Part shown: positions 39,367 to 54,249 of the stretch, piece after piece
Layout of the letters: every line of letters begins with the position of its first letter
How positions within the stretch are numbered: position 1 is the stretch's first letter
DNA from: Octopus vulgaris
Taxonomy: Eukaryota
Assembly: GCA_951406725.2 (NCBI GenBank)
Contig: OX597820.1
Location: 62,062,001-62,126,000, forward strand
Length of the DNA: 64,000 nt
Direction of reading: 5' to 3'
Notes under the pieces: model-generated
Seen by the model: the letters and a program-made list of their open reading frames with translations, nothing else
What the model was told of the DNA's origin: nothing
Databases searched by the model: none
Translations under genes and position numbers: made by a program

Positions 39367-39857
39367 CCTTTGGTAGGTGGTGCTGCGAGCTGATCTAGGT
39401 GTATACACACCATTTGTCAACAAACGGGATATATATTCCGTGAGAAAACGCAGTAAGTAGCTTGTTCCCTAGTTCGGCAGTGCATGAGACATATTCGGAA
39501 TGATGCTAACTTAACTGATATATTCTTCTTCTTCATCACTAAAGAAAGACAATTAAACTCTGCCGGCAACTTTTAACGAGATCCCAAATGTAAGGGGAAG
39601 TAATTTCAAGAAAGTGCTTCCCAACTACATAGTTTTTGGGGTTCGGTCCTACTGCGTGGAACCTGTCTTCTACCGTGCATCGACCATATTCGGAGTGATA
39701 ATAACATTAGAATTTTACTTATCACTGCTTAGCACGCCCCCTCTGTACAATTAGTTAAGATAGTCGTGATCCGGCATTCAGTGCCTCACACCTTAACTTA
39801 TTTATTATCCAAAAATACGTCACGGGCGTATTTGATTTACTCCTCCAAGATAATATT

Positions 39858-39911
39858 ATTTTGTTAAAATACTATTTTTTGTTAAAATACTATTTTTTGT
39901 TAAAATACTAT
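39858..39911. repeat. 19-bp unit repeated about three times (TTTTTTGTTAAAATACTAT)
   Basis: Direct. Confidence 0.85.
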
Positions 39912-40254
39912 GTTCTAAACACATTTGTTCCACCGGGAATGATTTTGTTTTATTTAAAGCGGGAACCTATTTTTTGCACACTCCAATTCACCATAAAAAA
40001 GTTTCATGTTCATTTGCAGTAATGATGAAATACAACCAAACCAATTCTGTAGATTAGTTTAGTAGTAATTATTTTAGTAGTAATTATACTACAGCATCAG
40101 CATCAACATCAACGATGAGATCTATATGAAGCAATGATAGATGCTGAATAACAACACAGATAATAAGACGTCAACTTTGGTCTGCCGTCTCAACCACACG
40201 GGTGTGCTTCCGTTTTAATCATGCATGCATGTTATGTATGTATGTTATTGTTTT

Positions 40255-40282
40255 TAATGATGATGATAATGATGACGATGAC

Positions 40283-40319
<37 letters not shown>

Positions 40320-40570
40320 CGAATATTATGTGAACGATGACTGTCATCACCATCATCATCTACATCGTTGAGGTCGTCATCTTCTTCGTGATCTTCATGA
40401 TAATCTTCATATCATACACACCACCACCACCACCACCACCACCACCACCACCACCACCACAACCACCAGCCTCACCACCACCACCACCACCACCACCACA
40501 CCTATCATCATCATCATCATCATCATCATCAACAACAACAACAACAACAACAACAACGTCATCATCATCA
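40255..40570. repeat. Compound (ATG)/(CCA)/(TCA)/(CAA) microsatellite
   Basis: Direct. Confidence 0.95.
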
Positions 40571-40939
40571 GAATTTACCATTCAGTGTTTTCCTTGCTGT
40601 TGCCTTTATTTTTAGCTGTTCTTCGAGAAACTACTCATCTTAATTTATATTTACAGCAATAATACACACAAACACACACATACTAAAAACAAACTAATGC
40701 ACTCACATATATTTTTAAAAAATCGAAATATTGATATGCCTAGCTTACAAAGTAATTAGAGAATTAACTTCTACCAACATTTTAATGCAGCCATGGATTT
40801 TAGACCACAAATATGTTCCTTATGAACTAGTTTCTCTTAACCCTTATATCCTTTTTACAACTAATTTCCGCTAGTTTCCGCTAATTTCCGCCGAATTTTA
40901 TCATTCAGTTCATGCACGTGAAACAACTTAGAATATTAG

Positions 40940-41387
40940 TTTCAAATTATGGTACAAGGCTAGAAAGTTTAGTGGGAGGGAGTAAATCGATATATCGACG
41001 CCAGTGCTCAACTGGTACTTATTTTATCGACACCCACAAAATGATGAAAGGCAAAGTCGACCTCAGCGGAATTTGATCCCGGAACAAGATGCCGCTAAGC
41101 ATTTTGCTTGGCGTGCTAACGATTCTGCAAGCTCCCCACCTCGATGCAACTTAGTATACTAAGGGCGGTGAGCTTGCAGAATCGTTAGCACATATGGCGG
41201 AATGCTTAGCGGTGTTTCGGCTGCCCTTATATTCTGAGTTCCAATTCCGCCGAGGTCGACTTTGCCTTTCTTCCTTTCGGGGTTGATTAAATAAGTTACG
41301 CTGGGTTCGATGTAATCGACTTAATCCGTTTGTCTGTCCTTGTTTGTCCCCTCTGTGTTTAGCCCCTTGTGGGTATTAAAGAAATAG
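40940..41387. mobile_element. Two SINE family B copies head-to-head (40940-41140 -, 41164-41387 +)
   Basis: Match to family B. Confidence 0.85.
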
Positions 41388-41563
41388 TTGAGATGCTATC
41401 AGATGCTATCAGTCGTGTTGTAGATGGAGGATGGCAGCTGCAACCTAGATTTCTTAATAAAGGCTATGGCTGAGCAGTTCGAAATGGAGAAATCTACTAT
41501 CATACTCTTGCTGTACGTTAATGTCAGATAAATGACATTTAGTATAACATAGAGTTTAATATA

Positions 41564-41728
41564 GGCGTCGGAGTGAATGTGTGGTAAGTAGCTTGTTTAC
41601 CAACCACATGATTCCGATTTCAGTCCCACTGCGTGGCAACTTGAGAAAATGTCTTCTACTATAGCCTCGGGCCGACCAAAGTCTTGTGAGTGGATTTGGT
41701 AGACGGAAAATGAAAATGAAGCCCGTCG

Positions 41729-41826
<98 letters not shown>

Positions 41827-42059
41827 ATGTGTGTGTGTGTGTGTGTGTGTTTATACGTTTGTATGTCTGTGTTTGTCAACCCAGCATCGATTGACAACCG
41901 ATGCTGGTGTGTTACGTCCCCGTAACTTAGCGGTTTGGCACAAGAGACCGATAGAATAAGTACTAGGCTTACAAGGAATAAGTCCTGGGGTCGATATTCT
42001 CGACTAAGGCGGTGCTCCAGCATGGCCACAGTCAAATGACTGAAACAAGTAAAAGAGTA
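41564..42059 (+). mobile_element. SINE family A, full length
   Basis: Head, internal (TA)(TG) tract, AAAAGAGTA tail. Confidence 0.9.
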
Positions 42060-43470
42060 ATAGAGCTGGTCATGTCCTGCAAGTTCTGGGAGATCTCACC
42101 ATATGTATATCGCTTCCAAGTTGTCCTGATGTGAAACGCCTTCAGTACAGTATCGAAGGTAGATTGTAATGTGGAATAGCCGGCTGGAGAATCCGCGTAG
42201 TCTCGTCTGTAAAGCTGTCGTGATCTTCTTGGGCTGTACAGACAGCATGAGCGGCATTGGGGGATGGCACCTGAATCTAGGTGCAGAAGCATCCGTTTCA
42301 ACACCGAAGTCACCATTAGGAATACAGGGGGTTTTGTTGATAACGGTGGTTTTTCATGTGTCTTGTTCAATGTGGAAATTGATTTTTATTTTACGAGCGT
42401 TATGTTATATTTTCATTATATGTGTTTTTTTCTTATATTTTCTTCTATTCCCGGTTGCATGGCGTTTCCTATGTATATAAGTGTACATATAGATATAACG
42501 TCTTCCATTTATTTAGGTAACAGAATTTATATCTCAGTTCGTGGTGTTTATTGTAAGTCTTTGATATTACACTTATTCATCACATGAGTATAAACCGTGG
42601 TTTTGACTGAATTAATTAGTGCCAAGTCATACATACTTTAACATCTATAATTTTATTTGCTATGTTTATGCAACCGAAATCTTCTTTCATCAATTTAACA
42701 GCGGTATCTTTGCAAATATCTCAGTTCTTGACGTATGTGGCCAAATTATAACGGATAAATTATAATTTAACCTTTTCATTTGGATAGAAACATCAAAACC
42801 TAATGAGAAATTAGGACAGATTTAAGAGCTAAATTGTCAATACTTAATGTATCAATGAGAAATATCACTTTTGAAATAACTGTTCAACCCGCTTAACCTC
42901 ACTTTGTTTATCTGTTTCGCAAACTAAACGTTTTGGATATATTGATTTCGAATTTTCGTTTTTATGTGCCACGTGCCAAATTTCGTTTATAGTTATTATA
43001 GTTTAATCTCTGTTTAGCATTGATCGAACAATCCATGATGATCAGAGACGTTCCATCCAAGACTATCCAGTCAATGTCTTCTTCGGACTACATTGTCCTT
43101 CCTTTTAGAGAAAGGAGAGAGTGAGTTTAACATTATTTTCACTGCTATTCCTAGCAAATATTTTAAGACAAATGAGATTCCTCGCTGGTTCGGGATTTCT
43201 TTGAGTATCCAAATATATTTTGTTTATTATGTATTTGTCCGCATAAACATATTAAACCCGCAAACATTTCTTCCAGACAGGAATACAAAACCTTTATTCA
43301 TTAAGTCACAGTCTTTCTGAGAAATCCTTTATGGCAGCCAAATTTACTTGACGTCAGTGTTAGTTCTACATGTTTGTTGTTTTTTGTAACCCTAAAACCG
43401 TTTAGGAGTAACAATGTATTTAATATGATAGCTTCATGCATGATGAGATTGTCAAGAAGTTGGTCTTATA

Positions 43471-43945
<475 letters not shown>

Positions 43946-44749
43946 CATAATCACGAGATCTCGATATCGATCCAATTCCACAGGATCTCGAATAAACCTC
44001 ATCCACCATAATTTAGCGTAGAAACAAACACTTTACGGTAATTCTGTGGAAGGAAAATCATTTGATGGAATATATATCTGTATATCTGTAACTCAATGAA
44101 CCAGTTTGCCAAGCATATAATTGTACTTAATGTGTCTGAGAATTGTGTTAAGTGTCAGGAAAATGTTCATTCATTAACACAGTAACTACGCGCCTTCATT
44201 GGTCAGTTAGAGTTGAGACAGTGTCATGTGACAACTTGCTGGGGCTGCCTGCGGGAGTCTAGGAGCAGGTATTTAAAGGGAAAATATTTGACAAGGCAGT
44301 CAGTCGCCCGCTGACACTCGCTGACGCTACATCGAAGAGGCCAGGGAACAGAAGAAAGAAGACATGCACCCAACACCAGAGTTGAATACACCTCTGAAGG
44401 GGGGGGGGGGCACGTCAAAACGGTAGAGAAGTAAGGGCCGAAACCGGACGTGGTTCCTTCTGATGATGTCTTGAGCTAACTGGATTCTATAAAGGAGCTG
44501 TTGTGATAGCAGACCACGAAACACGGCTGAAATTCCTCAGATTCTGTTATATATTCTTGTTGAGATCTTATTGTCCCTATTAGCAGTTCCTCGCTAGACA
44601 TTTCTTCAGGCGACAGTTATGGAATACGTCCTTCCACTTTTGTAAGTCCGCCTGTTACAACTCGTGGGTGTTGTTGCAGTTCGACTGTAACCACTTATAC
44701 TGCTTTTATTTGTGCTATTGTGTTGGTGGCGGTATTGATAATTTACTAA

Positions 44750-44982
44750 GGCGGTGAGCTGGCAGAAACGTTAGCACGCCGGACGAAATGCTTAGCGGTG
44801 TTTTGTCTGCCATTACGTTCTGAGTTCAAATTCCGCCGAGGTCGACTTTGTCTTTCATCCTTTTGTGATCGATAAATTAAGTACCAGTTACGCACTGGGG
44901 TCGATGTAATCGACTTAGTCCGTTTGTCTGTCCTTGTTTGTCCCCTCTGTGTATAGCCCCTTGTGGGTAGTAAAGAAACAGG
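44750..44982 (+). mobile_element. SINE family B, full length, flanked by a duplication (GGTATTGATAATTTACT)
   Basis: Close family match; the same 17-mer occurs before and after the element. Confidence 0.9.
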
Positions 44983-45973
44983 TATTGATAATTTACTGAT
45001 GCTTTTTTCGATTACATTGCTCATCCTAAATTAGGTGGTTAAGCATACAGAAAGCTTTTGTGATTTGTTTCAGAGCGACGTCTCAAGATGCTGGCTTTGT
45101 AATAACTAAATGACAAACGGCAGATAAGGCACAAAGACTCTCTTTATCTTTCTCTTATTTTATTTATTTGTTTATTTATTGAAATATGGTACATCTTGGG
45201 ACATTATTTGAGGTGATTTGGTTTTTGAAGGGAGTGGTTTTCGAGTCAAGGAAATAATGACTGGAAATTCTTGTAGATCGAGAGATTGAGAGGTAAGTTT
45301 TTCAGGTAGCAACATATGTTAAATGCAGAAAGATAGTCTGGTAGTTGTATGTTTATATGAAAAGAAATTTATTAGTATTGATTGTATCATAAATTATTCT
45401 ATATATTTCATGAAATGAACGAACATAAATTATGTTATTAAGCTATGTAGAAAAATAGCAGACTCATAAAACAGTAATGAGTTCATTATTTTATATTTTT
45501 TATATTTTTTCGTTATGTTTTAATCTTCGCAATATTTTAGTTTTTACTTTTTTTTGTTTTTCTACTTATTGATTTAATATTTTGGTCGTTTCTCTAATTA
45601 TCAGCCGATGCTATTAATGCATTGCAAGATGTTTCTATTTAGGTGTGGATATATATCCAAAATGATATTCACTATTGAACCCAATTGCCTTGTTGTTTAA
45701 AAGTAAATGAAAGTGCCTTTGTGTTTGAAACCTATGCGTACATGAGGGTGAATCAGAGAAAGCGTGTCTTACAAACATTGTGCAGTGTAAAGTTAGATCC
45801 AAAGTGATCAGAAAATGTAGGGTGCTGTTTTAAGCGTATATACAATTACTGAACCGTCATTGAAAACTATTAAGAATATATTATGAAGTTGGTAGAGTCA
45901 GAATTGCTTAGGAAGCATATGTAACGGCTATTATCTATGAGAAGGGAGAATATATGAGCTGTGTGATGTACAA

Positions 45974-46539
45974 TTGGGTTGTTCGGAAACTTCGTGCCGA
46001 TTTTTAAATGAAAGAAAATAGTCAATAAATACTTGCCATTACATGTTTAATCAACCAAATATGAACCATTTTTTTGCACAATGCGTCTCCATCTTTCTTT
46101 TAGCTTGAAAATACCCTCTTCCCAGAATTGAGGTGGTTTCATGGCAAAGAATTCATCAACGTATCTTTTTACCTCATCCAAAGAATTGAAATTTTTACCA
46201 TGAAGACTATTCTGCAGAGACCCGAATAAGTGGAAATCCGAAGGAACAATATCTGGTGAATATGGAGTGTGGGATAACACATCCCAGCCGAACAGCAGCA
46301 ATTTTTGTCTGGTTCCCAAAGCATCAAGTACCGAAAATGAACTTTCTTATCTTCCATTTTAAAGGAATACAGAATTAACACAGGTTATAGGAATATAAAC
46401 CCTCTTCCACGTAAAGATAGCTTAAACTGTGCTCTAAATGAAGGTGTAGTAATATCCTTTTTTATGGACTTAACCATGTTCTAAAATAAGTCGAAAGGGA
46501 AGCTACTAAAAATCGGCACGAACTTTCCGGACAACCCAA
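45974..46539 (-). mobile_element. Mariner transposon, internal-deletion derivative
   Basis: TIRs TTGGGTTGTTCGGAAACTTCGTGCCGATTTTTA / TAAAAATCGGCACGAACTTTCCGGACAACCCAA followed by TA; N-terminus MEDKKVHFRYLMLWE joined to GWDVLSHTPYSPDIVPSDFHLF...GIFKLKERW. Confidence 0.95.
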
Positions 46540-46619
46540 TATAAATATCGTTTGACTTTAGAAAGATAATCAAGCAGGGATTTCATGTGGTGAATAAAAT
46601 CCATGAGATGTATAGTAAT

Positions 46620-47055
46620 ATTGGTTTCACATGTTGGTATGAAGCCCGCAATTTCGAGGGAAGGAGTATGCCCAATACAACGATCCCATTGCTTGACTGG
46701 TACTTGTTTTATCGACCCCGAAAGAAGGAAACACAAAGTCGACTTCGGCGAAATTTGAACGTGTAGACAGACGAAATGCTTCGAAGCATTTTGTCCGGCG
46801 TGGTAACCATTATGCTAGCCTGTCGCCTGGAGATATATAATAGTAATGATTTCAAATTTTAGCACAAGACCAGCAGATTCATGGGTGGGGTACATCGGTT
46901 ACATCGACCCCAGTGTTCAATTGGTACTTATTTTATCGACCTCGAAACGATGATGTGAAGCAAAGTTGACCTCGCGCAATTTGAACCCAGAATGTAAAGA
47001 CAGACAAGATACCACTAAGCATTACGCCCGGCATGCTACCGTGTTTGCCAGGTTG
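46620..47055 (-). mobile_element. Two degenerate SINE family B copies
   Basis: TGGTACTT.TTTTATCGAC core occurs twice. Confidence 0.7.
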
Positions 47056-47056
47056 C

Positions 47057-47839
<783 letters not shown>

Positions 47840-47861
47840 TATAAAAATATATTATAATATT

Positions 47862-48427
47862 CTTTTCTACACTAGATTTTGGAGGTAGGTGCCAGTCGAT
47901 TAGATCGATCGCAGTACGCAACTGGTACTTAGTTTATCGACCCCGAAGGATGAAAGTGAAAGTCGACATCGGCCGAATTTGGACTCAGAACGAAAAGACA
48001 GACGAAATGCCTATTTCTTTACTACCCACAAGGAGTTAAACACAGAGAGGACAAACAAGGACAGACAAACGGATTAAGTCGATTATATCGAGCCAGTTTG
48101 TAACTGGTACTTATTTAATTGACCCCGAAAGGATGAAAGGCAAAGTAATCATCGGCGGAATTTGAACTTAGAACGTAGCGGCAGACGAAATACTTATTTC
48201 TTTACTACCCACAAGGGGCAAAGCACAGAGAAGACAAACAAGGACAGACAAACGGATTAAGTCGATTACAACGATCCCAGTGCGTAACTGATACCTTAAT
48301 TTATCGGCCCCTAAAGGATGAAAGGCAAAGTCGACCTCGGCGGAATTTGAACTCAGAACGTAACGGCAGACGAAATACAGCTACGCATTTACCCCGGCCT
48401 GCTAATGTTTCTGCCAGTTCGCTACCT
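47862..48427 (-). mobile_element. SINE family B trimer (one head, three bodies)
   Basis: Body restarts near 48010 and 48190. Confidence 0.85.
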
Positions 48428-48587
48428 TGAAGTATATTATAATATTGTCACAAGATATTTAGGGTACGCGCTGCGAAGCTGTTTTATTCTAGTAGACGGT
48501 AATTGCATTACTTTTGACTTTTACTTTGAATAATATCTATTTTAGCACCGAGAAGTGAGCATGGTGGAAGTACTGAGGGAGCAGTCC

Positions 48588-48730
<143 letters not shown>

Positions 48731-49319
48731 ACAAATTGAAAAGTTCTTTTATACCTTGTTCAGTTAGTATTTTATACTGGTATAATTATGTATTCATGTG
48801 AATCCCATACTGTTTTCGTATTCGTTCACATTCTTTAATAAAGAAAATCCTAAAGCCACAATTATTGATACTTTGTTTCATACTCCCCATTCCGCTAATT
48901 TCCATTTCAAGATCATCTTTTTTTTTTCTTTTCATGAAGGTAAAGAATAAATAAACTGCAACTCTATTATTGAATATGATAGGTTGGTTTTCTTTGATAT
49001 GATTATCAATCTTATCAGGCAACGTTGCAGATTACTATGTTGAATTCCGTACAATGCATTTACTTCTTTATAATTCTAACTCTATTCTCATACTGATATC
49101 ACTGCTGAATAAATTACGAGATTTTTGCAGCTTCAAGTAATAGAAGAGGAAGTAGTAGTAGTTGTGGTAGTAGTAGTAGTAAGAGGAGGGGGAATCTTCT
49201 AAGCTTTTTTCTACGTTTACACGGGTCATGTAGCAAACACAAATACTCAAGGCACATATACACGCAGGAACACACACATACATACACATTAAAGCACATA
49301 TTTATAAAAGTGTGTGTGT

Positions 49320-49500
49320 ATACAGTTCAAATTTACAGAAAACAAAAGACGAAGACTGTTGCAGGTACAAGAAGCAGGTGTATTAGTTTAACGCTCTGGA
49401 AACAATGGAAAAGTCTTTTACGTTTCGAGCCTACGCTCTTTGACAGAAAGGATTAGGAGAAAGTAAAATGAAGAGAGAATAAAAATACTGAGAGTTCAAC
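49320..49500 (-). mobile_element. PLE terminal repeat with a minimal HHR-like motif (49415-49450)
   Basis: CTTT-CTGTCAAA-GAGC GTAG GCTC-GAAA-CG-TA-AAAG; homologous to 4500-4715. Confidence 0.65.
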
Positions 49501-49549
49501 GGTCCAATATGGGGATATGAATGGAAAAATGAGGCTGAATGAAAGGGAG

Positions 49550-49628
<79 letters not shown>

Positions 49629-49815
49629 TAATAATAATAATAATCCTTTCTATTATAGACACAGGGCCTGAAATTTTGTGGGGAGCTGACTAGTCGATAA
49701 TATCGACCCCCAAAGTTTCACTGGTATTTAATTTATCAATCTTGAAAGTATTAAAGGCAAAGATGACTTCGGCAGAAATTGAATTCAACGCAGAACGTAG
49801 CGGCAGACGAAATAC
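49550..49815 (-). mobile_element. SINE family B fragment with an (AAT)n tract
   Basis: Family B body plus microsatellite. Confidence 0.7.
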
Positions 49816-50289
49816 TACTACTACTAATAACGGTAACGGTGACCCCAATGATCTAAGATGCGCAAGTGTGTGTGTGTGGATGGTGTGCGCCTGTATATGT
49901 GAATGGAGCGAGTGTGTGCGTTTGTGTATGTGTGTGTGCGTGTGTGCGTATGGACGTGTGTATATGTGTGAGGCTAACTTGTGTGTATGTGTGGGTGTGA
50001 GGCTAGTGGTATGTGTGGTGACGCTATTGAGGATTGTGTGCTGGAGTGTGGATAATGGTGTGAGGATGTGTAAATAATGGTGTGTGGTGTGGGTGCTGAG
50101 AAGTGTTCGGTGCAAGTTTGTGTGGAGTGGGAAGGTATTTGTGTCTGAGTAATGGTGTGTGGAGTGAATAATGAGTTGCACAGTGTATATAGGTGTTTGT
50201 GTGGTGAGGGTACCGACGTAGGCAGTATGCTGGTATTTGGGTGGAGGGGCAGTTGATTGTTGGAGGTATGTGGGAATCAGAGCGTGGTA

Positions 50290-50740
50290 GGTATTAAATG
50301 AAGAGAGGTAGGGAGTTGAGCCCATATGGCGCAAAGGAACGAAAATTGATTCTTGTTAACGGTGTAGGTGGTAGTCCGTGTGGCCCTTGTGCAGAGACAG
50401 ACCGAACACAGACAGGTGATGTAACGAATAACCAGTAGAGCGGCAGTGACATGAAACCGAGGTGTCATTGCTGAATCTGATCTGTCGGAGGTGCTCCGTG
50501 AAATGGTCAACCAGGTGGCGTCACATTTGACCAATGTACAGGGAAGGACAGAGAGAGCAGGAGATGCAGTGAATAAGATTACTGGGGGTGCAGATAAAGG
50601 AGTTGGTGATGTGATAGGGACGGTGTTGGGCGCCAGTGAAGATGGTGGGGTTAGAGAGGTAATAGCAGGTGCGACAGCGTGGGCAAGAGCAGAGGAAGAC
50701 CAGAGGTCTGCAGATGGTGCCTGGGCGAGGGCAGCGGAGA
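50290..50740 (-). mobile_element. Neptune-type PLE GIY-YIG endonuclease pseudogene fragment, with an AC-rich 3' region to ~49855
   Basis: A frame missing from the ORF track reads CSCPRCRTC...ITNSFICTPSNLIHCISCSLCPSLYIGQM*RHLVDHFTEHLRQI...VSCH. Confidence 0.85.
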
Positions 50741-51279
50741 TAATAGAGATATCCATGTAGGATGATGTGTGAGCATACGTGTGTGTATGTGTATAGAATG
50801 TTAGGTGTGGTGTACAGATATTGAATATTGAGAAAAATGGTCGCCAGAATTTTGGAAAAAATGTTTTTACTTATTCATTATTATTTACGCTTTCGTTCTT
50901 TTCTCGAACTTGTTAAATAGAATTTTTTGTTCATTTATATAAAACAAATTTTGGAGAGGGGTTATTTTTGTTTTTGGGGTGAGGTTCCATGACAATCGAG
51001 ATAGATAGAAAGATAGGTAGGTAGATAGTTTGATAGATAACTAGATAGATAGTCAGACAGATAGATTGATAGAAAAGTTGCGAGAGGAGAAGGGAGATCA
51101 CCTTCCTCTCCCCCATTCATTTATTTATTTAGTCATTTACCATTGTATTCAAATGGGTTTAAAGATGGTGACCTCTTCAAGAAAAAAAAGATATGGTGTG
51201 GTCATCACTGAAAGTCTTTTTGCTTTCTTTCTCTCTTTTATCCCTTCTTCCTTTCTCTTTTTCTTTCGTTTTCTCCTCT

Positions 51280-53110
51280 TAGAATACAAAATGTACTGTC
51301 TCTGCTTTTCTTTCAAACATTGAATTTGGGAGAGAATTTCTTGATGCAATGGAGCTCTGCATGAAAAAAACATTAGTACAATATTTATAAATTAAAAAAA
51401 AATATGTATATAGGCAAAACTAGAACACCCCAATGCTACTATGTTTATACCCGAACATTTGCAGAGATGAGAACATTTGGAATAAAAAATGCAAATTCTC
51501 CGCTTTACCTTCAAACATTCAATTTGTGTGTGTGTGCGTGTATGTGTGTGTGTTTGTGTGTGTATGTGTGTGTATGCTTGTGTGTGTGTATGTATGTTTG
51601 GGAATATGTCTATGTTTATACTGTGTAACTTCAATGTTTTGCATTTGAAAAACAAAGTCACGCTTCTTTCAAGTTCATGTTTTTCCATTAGAAAACATTA
51701 GTACAACACTTGCAAACTAGAAAAACACGCAATGCTCAGAACATCTCAATGCCACACATATACGCCTAAATATTTACAGAGATGAATATTATATTTCCAA
51801 TATTTGAGTTATTCTTAGAATGCAAAATATACTGTCTCTGCTTTTCAATTTTAGAGAGAAATTTTTGATGAAACGTAGTGTCATTGCTTTTCGGTATTGC
51901 GGATTGTCACGTGCAAATTTGTAAAAGGAAAAAATTTTGAATTTTCCGTCGCTGCTTATTTCCAGATGCTTACTTAATGGAATCTTGTGCAATTCCTCTT
52001 GTCGGATATGCTGCCTGTAGATTCTTGCACGTTGGCGAAGGGAATTATTTGTGTCGCCTATGTTACATAGTTTGGACAGGTAATGCAGTATATAAGGTTT
52101 TGCGCTTTGCAATTCATATCTGCCTTTATTTTGAAAGGGATCCACTCTTGAATTTTATGTGAGAACCACTTTATAATTATTTAAAGTTGTTGTTGTTGCA
52201 TGTTCGCCATCTGTCTCCACATTCTTTTATTAAGAATTCTGATTCATTCTCCGATTTGAATTCTGCCCTTGCGAGGTGGTTTTTAAGATATTTTGGTTGG
52301 CGTCTACTATTCTGTAAGGTATTTTTTTGCAATAAGATTTTTCATTTTAGGGCTTTGTAAGAGTATAGGTAAGTTCGATTTTATGGCGTGAAAAATGTCG
52401 TTTATTCCAGGTCAGTGTGTGTTTTCATTAACTTTTTTCTTTAGGTGTCCGGAGTAGGGTGATGTTCAGTTTTATCGGATTTTTAATTCCCTCATTAATT
52501 AATCCTAAGGTGTATTTCTACATTGTGAGGAAGCCTTTGAGTTTGTTGAGTCGGATTTCACGTATTCTGAGGTCAGTCACTATAACACAGATGAACCTTG
52601 CCATGCTGTGTGGGATGTTTCTGTTAATGTGTAATGGATGACAAGAATATAAATTTAAATATTGGTGTGTGTCAGTTTTTTTGTAAAATATGTCTGTTGT
52701 GACTGTGGAGTTCTGTATTTTTATGTGAATATCCAGGAATGGTAGTTCATTGCAACTGGATTATGTCGTGAATTTGATGGATGGGCGAAATGTATTCAGT
52801 ATATTGTTAAATATACTTAGATCTTCAGTCGGTTTTTCCCAGAAAATGAAGCAATTATCAAGGAAGCGTTTCCCCTTTTTAATGATATATTTCTTGTATT
52901 CCTGATCAAAAGCTTTTTCTACTTACTCCTGAAGTTTTTCTTCCAAGTATGCCATAACAAAGTTTGCTTATGAGGGCGCAAACCGCGTACACATAGTCGT
53001 ACCCTTTATCTGTCGGTATGTTTTATTGTCGAATCTAAAGGTATTTTCCTCTAGTAGTAGGCGTGTGGCCTTGGTGATGAAGTCAGTCTTGAAGCGTGAC
53101 CAATTTCCGC
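51280..53110 (-). mobile_element. Degenerate PLE (RT plus GIY-YIG), an older relative of the 55.8-58.2 kb element, with a partial direct repeat of its ORF end
   Basis: RQIKGTTMCTRFAPS*ANFVM, GKRFLDNCFIFW, SLRQRARIYRQHIRQEELHKIPLSKHL; 51288-51358 repeats 51824-51880. Confidence 0.9.
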
Positions 53111-53435
53111 AGCACGATTTCTCGTCAAATTAAATATAAATCTTGAAGTGAATCTAACGGTTTTTGTGTGTTTTTAATTGGCTTATAAGCACCTTCCACG
53201 CTGCAATTGTTTTCGTTCCAGCACACGATCTCAGATTAGGTCACTTGCTATGCAAGTACATCTCAGTAATTACAATACAATTAATATATAATAAAGCTGA
53301 AGCAAGGGAACACCAAATATATAGTGCGTGTGTTTTTATTGACTAAACTGGTAACACGAGCATTCCCATATACAACAATATCTGTTTCAACACAGGAATT
53401 CACATCAAGAATCTTGCAAAACGAATATATAAACG

Positions 53436-53482
<47 letters not shown>

Positions 53483-53538
53483 AGATACATGCACGCACAA
53501 ATACGCACACACACATACACACACACACACACACACAC

Positions 53539-53758
53539 ATGAGGGGATCCTGAAATGTTCCTAGCTATGGGTAACAGAAAATACAGGTGGATCAGTTAAT
53601 TATGATTTTATTCAATATTTTCCCCTCTCAGATTCACACACTTATTGCAGCGGTCCTTCAGTTTTTCTAAGCCCTGTAAAAGAACTCGGAAGGTTGGACC
53701 TCCAACCAAACCTTTCGAGATGCCCTCAGTGCCTGGAAATTATCAGCACACCGTCGTG
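53539..53758. mobile_element. Mariner-type MITE, degenerate
   Basis: Imperfect TIRs ATGAGGGGATCCTGAAATGTTCC / GGAAATTATCAGCACACCGTCGT. Confidence 0.65.
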
Positions 53759-53766
53759 TTTAAAAC

Positions 53767-54249
53767 GTTGGTACAAAACCATTAATTTTGGAGTGTCGGT
53801 TTGGAGGTGCTCATAGATTACATCGAGCCCATTTCTTAACAGATAATTTTTTTCCTATCGCTTCAGAAAGAACGAATGGCAAATTCGACTGAAGCGGAAT
53901 TTGAACTCAGAACATGAAGCCGGATAAAATGCCGCTAAGTATTTTTCTAGGCAAGCTAACGATACTTATTTTTATTTTTATTTAATTTTTATTTATTTTT
54001 TGATTTTTAAAAATTCTTTCTTTATTTTTTTACTGACCACAAGGGACTACACACAGAGGGGACAAACAAGGACAGACAAACGGATTAAGTCGATTACATC
54101 GACCCTAGTGCGTAACTGGTATTAAATTTATCGACTCCGAAAGGATGAAAGGTAAAGTCGACCTCGGTGGAATTTGAACCCAGAACGTAATGGCAGACGA
54201 AATACGGCTAAGCATTTCGCCCGGCGTGCTAACGATTTTGCCAGCTCGT
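53767..54249 (-). mobile_element. Two SINE family B copies (53767-53963 and 54020-54249)
   Basis: Family match. Confidence 0.8.

Larger units (their letters stand above)
38821..39607. mobile_element. Non-coding fold-back element: ~330-bp arms (38821-39147 / 39237-39567), ~40-nt tail, one HHR per arm
   Basis: Diverged reverse-complement arms; HHR motifs listed separately. Confidence 0.9.

Noticed and set aside
40337-40615. Hydrophobic segment plus poly-Pro/Ser/Thr ORF resembling a mucin or formin
   Set aside because: Compound trinucleotide microsatellite
50277-50760. 159-aa and 89-aa ORFs in the track
   Set aside because: Shadow frames; the meaningful frame is the stop-containing GIY-YIG remnant
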